This document shows, one piece after another, positions 55,601 through 64,000 of a stretch of DNA of 64,000 bases. The position numbers and the translations under genes are program-made. The notes under the pieces were generated by a model. The model was not told the origin of the DNA. It saw nothing but the letters and a program-made list of their open reading frames with translations, and ran no database searches. Where the stretch lies: the NCBI RefSeq assembly GCF_009914755.1, contig NC_060934.1. The stretch is one strand, 5' to 3'. The DNA is from the human T2T-CHM13v2.0 reference genome, Homo sapiens. How positions within the stretch are numbered: position 1 is the first letter of the stretch; each line of letters begins with the position of its first letter.

Positions 55601-57724
55601 TCATATGCTAAAAAAAGGAAGGCAGAGAAAAGAGATCAGACCATTCACTTCATAGGTATGCACAGAAGTTGGTGGGCAAGGGAGAAATATGGTATCCAGT
55701 TCCTACAATAGCCAGCCAGCCCTGAAAACCCTTTAAACGTTGATTTTTAGTGATGGTCATGGGGAAAGTTAAACTACGCTCACTCTATCAGGGTTAATGC
55801 TCAGTCCTTGGACTCAGATAATATGCCCCCAAATATTTGACTTGGGGTGAACACAGTTGACATTCATCTTGAGACACCTTGTCCCTTATTGGCTAATTGT
55901 GTGAGTAAATATGAAATATCTTCCTGAGGGGAAGAGAGTGTGTCTAACCCAAGGAGAATGTCATCCACGTATTGGATGAGCACTGAGTCCTGGGGAAAAA
56001 TTGGGTCCTCTAAATCGGCCTTTAATATTTGGGAAAAATAAGTGGGACTTTCTGTGCACCCTTTAGGCATTACAGTCCACGTATATCATGTATATTGCCA
56101 TTCTCTCCAGGTGAAGGCAAACAACTATTGGCTGTGTGGATCTACAGGAATTCTTGAGAAGGCACTGTAGATGCACAACTGAGAAATACTGACTGGGAGT
56201 GGGTACAGCTGATAGAAGGGTATGTGAGTGTCTAAATATTATGATATTGTTTACTGCTCTCAAATTCTGTACAAATCTCCACCCTCAGCCCAGGCATGGT
56301 GGTTCATAACTAATCCCAGCACTTTGGGAGATCAAGAAGAGAGAATATCTTGAGACCAGGAGTTTGAAACCAGCCTGGGAAATATAGTGAGAAAAAAAAA
56401 GGCCGGGCACAGTGGCTCATGCCTGTAATCCCAGCACTTTGGGAGGCCAAGGCAGGAGGATCACAAGGTCAGGAGATCAAGACCATCCTGGCCAACATGG
56501 TGAAAACCCATCTCTACTAAAAATACAAAAATCAGTTGGGCGTGGTGGCTCATGCCTGTAATCACAGCTACTCAGGAGGCTGAGGCAGAAGAATCACTTG
56601 AACCACGGAGTCAGAGGTTGCAGCGAGCTGAGATTGCGCCACTGCACTCCAGCCTAGCAACAGAGCAAGACTCCATCTCAAGAAAAAGAGTCTTCATTCT
56701 CTACCATTTGGTTTTTCTACAGGGAATACAGGGGTGTTGTAGGGCTTGGTACAGGGAATAATGAGATAATCTTGTATGATAGGGACAATTCCATCTATGT
56801 CTTACTGTCAAGAAGGATACTATACAATGTTGGGGAGCAGTATCTTTAGGAATATTTTTCCTGTGTCTGTATTTGACTGTGACCATAAGTGGGAGAGGAT
56901 GGCCTTAACCAAATGTTCCACTTCTGGGGTTACAGGAAAACTGGGGAGGCTAAAGGGAGGTTTACGGCTCCTTGCCTTTTATTTCACTTTTCTCTCTTCT
57001 CCGCTAATGTTTCCTTTTTCTGTCTTTAGTTTATTTCCCAGACACAAGATGATATTTTAACATTACTAGTACTAAACTATGGTACATTGTCAGGATGTTT
57101 CTCTAATTTCTTGTTTTGTTTGTTTTGGGTTGTTTTTGTTTTGTCTCCTGGCTCATATTCCAAAAAAAATCCACCTTTTGATAAAAAAAAAAATACGGTC
57201 ATTATGGATGTTGAGGAGATTGTGGCCCAAAAGATTGAAAGGGATCTCAGGGCATATTAGGAACATGTGGGACAGACTGAGTGGGTCACATTTAGGGCCC
57301 TTGGTTGGTAGGGCACCAAACCTGACAAAACTGTAAGGTATAGGTTTTGATTTAAAACCTGAGATAGTTTTTCTAGATACACCCATGATGCTAATCCTTT
57401 CATTACTCTGAGAAATGGGATTTCTAAACAAGGTGGGATTTATAACAGATATGGCTGCTCCTGTGTCAAGGATGGTTAATGATTATATTAATCTCTCCCA
57501 ATTTGTTTTGTCAAGGTAGAATACTAGGAGAGGTGAAACACTTTAACTTCCTCAGAGCACCCCTGGTCTTCCTGAGTTGTATCCTCCTGCTGTGGCTTCC
57601 ATTTCAGCCTAAAGCAGTCCCGTTTCAAGTGTCCCAGTCTTTTACAGTAGTAACAGGCTGAGGGAAGAGTCCTCTGAGGCGGTTTAACATTTTTCTGAGA
57701 CTGAGAGGTTTGAGAAGTTAATTG

Positions 57725-58138
57725 TGTTGGGAGAAAAGCTGAGTGTTGGGAGAGAAGCTGAGGCAGGGCTTGGAACATGTCCGGGGTCCAGGGTCTAAAA
57801 TCCCTCGTGGCCTTTGGAATGTGTCTGGACTTGCTGGCTTCTTGCTTCTAGCACTCCCATTGTCTCAGGTAGCCATGTGTTTCGGAGAAAATGCTAAACC
57901 GCCACAGCTGTGGCTTGTTTGCTTGATGCACTGCTTCCTTTCAACCCCCACATCCTCACCACTTGTTTCTTTGTTTGATCACTGATAAATAGCATGGGCT
58001 CCCAGAGCTTGGGGCCTTCACAGCATCCATACTAGCGTCGGCCCCCTGGTCCCACTTTCTCTCGTCTTTTCTCATTCCTTTGACTCTGCCGGACTTCATA
58101 GCCCCCACGGCCTGGTGTTGGGTCTGATTACCCCAACA
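57725..58138 (+). mobile_element. Solo LTR, LTR3-like (HML-6), inserted in gag of copy C
   Basis: tgttgggagaaaagctgagtgttgggagagaagctgagg...ccccaaca, TSD aattg. Confidence 0.8.
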
Positions 58139-60259
58139 AATTGCTTTAACTGTAGATGTATAACTGGGCAGTCTTGTTTTTTCTTTTTTATCATAGCCCA
58201 GGATAACTGGTCAGCTAAGGTAACTAGTTTATTAGTCCTGGCCATGACCCAATTTACTAGGGTGGCTAAATCGTCATCTGGTCTGTTTTAAAAGTTTGCA
58301 TTTAATAATGTATCATTTTTACTGTTTTCAAAGCAATCAGCTGACATCTTGCAATACTGTTGCAAAGTTTTATTAAAACATGTAAAATGATCTAATCTGA
58401 TTCTTTTGGGTTCTGGTGGCACTGCTAGATTTTATTCAATCCACAACCCTTTGGAACACTGAGGGAATGACATTTAGCAGAGAAGGTGCTCGCTCCCAGG
58501 CATCTTTGAGCCTGTCTTCTGGACTTTTGGGGGCTGATTGTTGTCATTCTATTGGGCCTTTGAGGATTAAGTCTGCTAACGGGTCTGACCTCTGTGATTT
58601 TTCTAGCCATCTCTTAGCTTTAGCCTCTGAAACAAGTATGTGTACCAGCTGGTAAAGGTCTGAATGACCTGGGTCATAGGTTCTGATAATGAGCTCAAAT
58701 TCGTGGGCAAACCCAATTGGATCTTTATGGAAGTCAGGAAATTCTATAACTGTGCTTCGCAGCTCAGCCTTTGACCAGAATTGATAGACAAACGCTGGGG
58801 TTCCTCTATTATTGGTTGTTTTCAAACCAGGGCAATCATGAGAGATGTCCCTATAGGGTCCCCCTTTTCCCATCTTCCAGATGAGAGGGTGCCATTGGGG
58901 CTGTCAGAGAATCAGCAGGAGATAGAGTCTTGGAAGTTAGATCCCCAGCTGCCTTCTGTTGAGTGAGTAGCAGTCGAGGAGGGGAAGATGGTAGAATGGA
59001 GAATGGAGCACGCAGGAGGAGGGAACAGATCTGGTCCAGGAAGTTCAAAGAGGTCGGGATAAAGTAGCGGTATACGTGGAGGTGGGGGAGGCACCAAGAG
59101 GAAGTAAGTGATTCTGAAGATTTCTCTGAGATAAAGCACTAGAGGGTTCTCAGCATCTCTAAATTGTTTCTTGGCCTCCTGTAAGGAGATGAGGCAATCT
59201 TCCCCCATTTTGCTCCTCTCCAGATATCACTCAAAGCAACTCTCCCATTCTGGCTGTTTAGTTTTTGTGCATGCCTTTTCTGTTCTAGTTCACAGGTGCA
59301 CTAATATGGGCATCTCAGAAGATCCCCATCTAGGCCATTGTAACTTAGAGTCTGCTTCAGTTATAGTTGTCCATTTGACTAAATATTTGCATGACAATTC
59401 GCCATAAGCATTTTGCAAATACCCAGCCAGAGTTTCTAAGGTTGTAACTTTTTGTTGCGCAGCTGCTGGGATTTTAGCCAATGTAGAGGCCTCGTTTCCT
59501 ATAGTTAGGGTTCTCCTTCAGATATTATTAAGTCAGTGAGTGTGTCAGACCCAAAGTGTGCTGCTTGTGGACCTAGCTTTCCAGGGCAATTACTCTCTGA
59601 ACTGGTTCGGTCCACCTGTGTCACAACTACCTGGCACAATATGTCAGGGGCTTAAGATGTGGGAGGGGTCAGCTCCTTATATGCACCTGCCAGGTGAAAA
59701 TAGTCCCTAGTTATGTTCTCCTGAAGGAGAAACCTCATTGGAGCCACTGCTGCTCTTAGGAGGCATTCCTCCCAGACACCCTCACATGATTCTCAGTCAC
59801 ATGAGAATGCCCTGAAAGGCTGAGAAAAGCATGGTGCTCTTTTTTCCTTTGGAGTGAAAATTCCACACTCATAGGCTAGAGGGGTTCAGAATTCATCAAA
59901 TCTGATAGGTTTGAGACCAAAACCAACCAAAAAAAAAAAAAAAAAAAACCCAACAAAATCCCAAGAAGACAGAAACAAACAAGCAAAACCAGCTAAGCAA
60001 AACAATGATCACACAAATTATACAATTTCTGAGAACTCGAATTGTAAGTAGAAATTAAGACCAGCTGGTTGTTAAAACTTTTAGTCATTATAGAGAATTT
60101 GCAAGACAAACTCCCAACTCAGCTCCTTACCTAGCAATGGGGCCCAGATTGAAGATGACCCTCCGCCCACACAGAAGCAGACAAGCTCAGCTTCCCTGAT
60201 GGAAACCAGCTGAAACTCACAGGAAAAAAGTTTTTTACAGCAAAATAAACCTCAGATCT

Positions 60260-61260
<1,001 letters not shown>

Positions 61261-61409
61261 ATGGTATATGGAGTCCTATTCTCCTTTCTCTTCCTGAACA
61301 TTTCGGTTCAAAAGTATGGGGACTAAGCCTGGAAACAAAATTAGAGTTGTGGTGGCCCAGAGTTAGGGGCTGGAGTCTGGATAAAATGAGAAGGGCCTAA
61401 GCGTGGGAG

Positions 61410-62067
61410 TGAAGCAGCATCACTGATGGAGTAATATCTGAGGTTCATTGTCTCATGCCAAAGAAATCAAGGATGCGGACACACAAGGGGTGAGGCTAAG
61501 AGCAGAGGTTTAATAGGTGAGAGAAAGAAAAGCTCTCCCCTGCAGAGAGAGGGTCCTGGGCGGGTCTTCCAGTCCGTGGTGAAATGCACAGGGTTTTATA
61601 GATGAACTTGAGGTGGTGGTGTCTGATTTACATAGGGCACAAAAGATTGGTTAGACCAGGTATGCTATTTGTATAAGGTGCAAAAAACTGGTTAGGGCTA
61701 GGTGTGCCATTTGCATAGTGCAGAAAATCTGGCCGCCCCCACCCTAATCTTTTATTATGCAGATGGGTTCTCTGCCTGGCCAGTGCCATGTTGCCTGTTC
61801 CTTTACTGTACAAAGAATAGGGAAGATGAAGCCTCCATGTTGAACATCCCCAGCCCTGAGGTAGCCCTTTTCTATTGGCACAATTTCCGGCATTCACCCA
61901 TGCAAGGTTTCAGCTTGCTTATCTATGTCAGCAGCTCGATTTTTCAGGCTGCTCCTTGTTAGAAAAGAAATGATTTGGGGCCTGCTTTTTGTTAAAAGGG
62001 AAATTTTGCCAAGGACTCTTTTACCCTTGCTATCTGCCTAAATAATTTCTTTCTATCTCCTGTATCA
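61410..62067 (-). mobile_element. ERV1 solo LTR (LTR9/MER61-like)
   Basis: Minus-strand start TGATACAGGAGATAGAAAGAAATTATTTAGGCAGATAG; 4-bp TSD ggag. Confidence 0.8.
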
Positions 62068-62418
62068 GGAGTGTCACCCTCTACAGGGTTGGAGGTCAAG
62101 TAAGGGCACTCCTGAAAAGTAGATGGGATAGAATGAGGTATCAAAGATGAACAGAGTCAGGAGGCAACCATACGGGGGAAAGGATAGTCCCACGTGGGTT
62201 TTCAGCACCTGAGGCAGAAGCATCAGCATAAGAGGGTGGCCTGGCACAGGGTGTCTGGGAAAGGATGGGGTGAAGACAGCATCAGCTTGGGAGGAAAGTG
62301 GTGAAGGCAACCTGATAAAGGGTGCTGGAGTCCAAGGGGGAGTGGGAAGCACAGCTGCTTAGGGGCCGGGACACAAGAGACTGGTTACACACAAGAGGAT
62401 TGAACAAATCAGTAAATA

Positions 62419-63272
62419 CAGCAGATTCTTGAACAACATCATTTCATTGTCATGCTGAGGAGAGAAAGAATTCCCAACTGGGGCCCCATCTGGGTGGAGT
62501 TTGCACGTTCTCCCCTTGTCTGCGTGGGTTTCCTCCAGGTATTCTGGTTTCCTCCTACATCCCAAAGCTGGGCATGTTAGGTTATCTGATGTGCTGACGT
62601 CATGACATGGTCCCAGTTAGAGTGAGGGTGGGTGTATGTGAGTGGCCCTGCAATGGGATATGTCCTGTCCAGGGCTGGTTCCCACCCTGCACCCTTAAGT
62701 GCAGGAGAGGCTCTGACCATGTGTGACCCTGAACTGGGATAAGCAGGTTAAGAAAGGAATGAATGAATGCAAATTACTATAAAATAAAATGTTGTAGGGT
62801 CTATGGTCATAACACAAATGCTGTGGTACACAATTATGTGGTATGAAAGTGCTCCATGAGCCTGCCATATTTGTGACTATTTTTGAACACAAAAATAGTG
62901 TTCAAATAGCTGCATGATGGCAGCAGGTGCTCCTGACAATTTTTTCACTTTGCAACATTTATTCCTTGATTTAACACAGCACCACCACTACAACCACTAT
63001 CACTCACTGACGCACCCAAAATTGGGTAGTATCTTAATTTTTTAAATTAATCTTTCCTAATATATGTAGAGCTCACATTTATTTCAATGTTTAGTATTCA
63101 TGTTTTGGGGTCTTTACTTAGAAGATTAGTGATGTTTTTGTGACCAACAATATGTCATAGGAACGTTATGTTTTATTTGTATCATTTAGCCTATGCCAAA
63201 TTGGTTCTGTTATATGTCATTTCACTTACAGTCAGATTCCAAAGCCTATCGACGGCATTAAATGAGTACTTA
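62419..63272. mobile_element. Tigger3-like DNA transposon
   Basis: gagtttgcacgttctcccc...tctgcgtgggttt block and a Tigger3-like terminus. Confidence 0.65.
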
Positions 63273-63284
63273 ATATATATTCAG

Positions 63285-64000
63285 GATGAAGGGAGCCAGG
63301 TTGCTGTCAGAAAAGGAAGTTAAAAATACAGTTGACCCTTGAAGTGCTCAAAGAATAAGGGGGACAGGTCAGAAGGACACAAAGTCAGCTTGAAATGGCT
63401 ACTACTGGCCAAGTCCAGGGGGCATCTGAACACCAAATTAGTAAGCTTTCCCTTCTCCCCCTATTTGTTCACTGATTTTGTTCTATTTATCAATATAGAA
63501 GGGATGAAGGAATAAGAAAGTCATCATTTGGCAACCATCATAATAATAATTGATTCAAGCACAAATCACCAATGAAATGCTTTATCTTGTGGGTGAAGTT
63601 CTGAGTAGTAGCCAGATATTTACAAAGCCTCAAAGTATCTTTATACAAGATATTTATGAAATACAAAGTATATAGTAGCTTAACCATGGACAAACATGGC
63701 AGGATGTTGACTTTGATTATTTCAACAAATCAAATAATCAAAGTCAACATTGGCCAGTAATGGAAGTGAGTGACAGCAGATGCCTCCAGATGCTGCATTG
63801 CAGAGAACTCAGCCTGTGTGAAAGCCCCGCCCGAATGGCACAACCTAAAGCTAATCATGAGGAAACACTGTACAAACCAAAATGGAGAGAACGCCTACAA
63901 AACAGCTGACCTATACTCTCCAAAAACATAAATGTCATTACAATCAAAGAAAGACTCAGGAACTATCCCAGATAAAAGGAGACTATAGAAACGGAACAAT
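63285..64000 (+). mobile_element. Old L1M 3' region
   Basis: ctaatcatgaggaaacac...acaaaccaaaatggag...ctacaaaacagctgacctatactctcc motif. Confidence 0.6.

Larger units (their letters stand above)
52375..60255 (-). mobile_element. Class I ERV internal copy C (integrase largely deleted near 54270)
   Basis: Env ISD/CX6CC-like LQNHMALDILTAAQSGTRAIIKTQCC (~53000-53090); RNase H WYADGS; RT LIQYVDDILL (55864-56070); gag zinc knuckle CYYCKRLGHLKRDC (~57600-57660). Confidence 0.92.

Overview
Primate (human-like) genomic DNA, about 60-70% interspersed repeats by eye, with no intact host protein-coding gene. (1) 1-7.3 kb: four diverged tandem copies of a ~2.2-2.8 kb module that looks like a minus-strand promoter plus GC-rich first exon and GT donor. 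(2) 8.4-16.9 kb: plus-strand exon fossils of a SelO (SELENOO/YdiU)-like adenylyltransferase gene, with the C-terminal exon lying upstream of the N-terminal exons. (3) 24.4-36.2 kb, the main result: five minus-strand exons with canonical GT-AG sites encoding the N-terminal ~250 aa of the ketosynthase domain of an animal iterative type I polyketide synthase (not FASN). The catalytic Cys (DSACSSS) is retained, exon 4 carries a 1-nt frameshift, and no further exons were found. (4) 39.5-60.3 kb: an old head-to-tail array of three class I ERV internal regions separated by MER4-group LTR sequence, with nested solo LTRs, an L1 and Alus. A ~440-bp ERV/L1 junction from 45.9-46.3 kb appears copied into PKS intron 4 at 25.1-25.5 kb. 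Repeat family names and homologies come from recognition by eye, not database searches.
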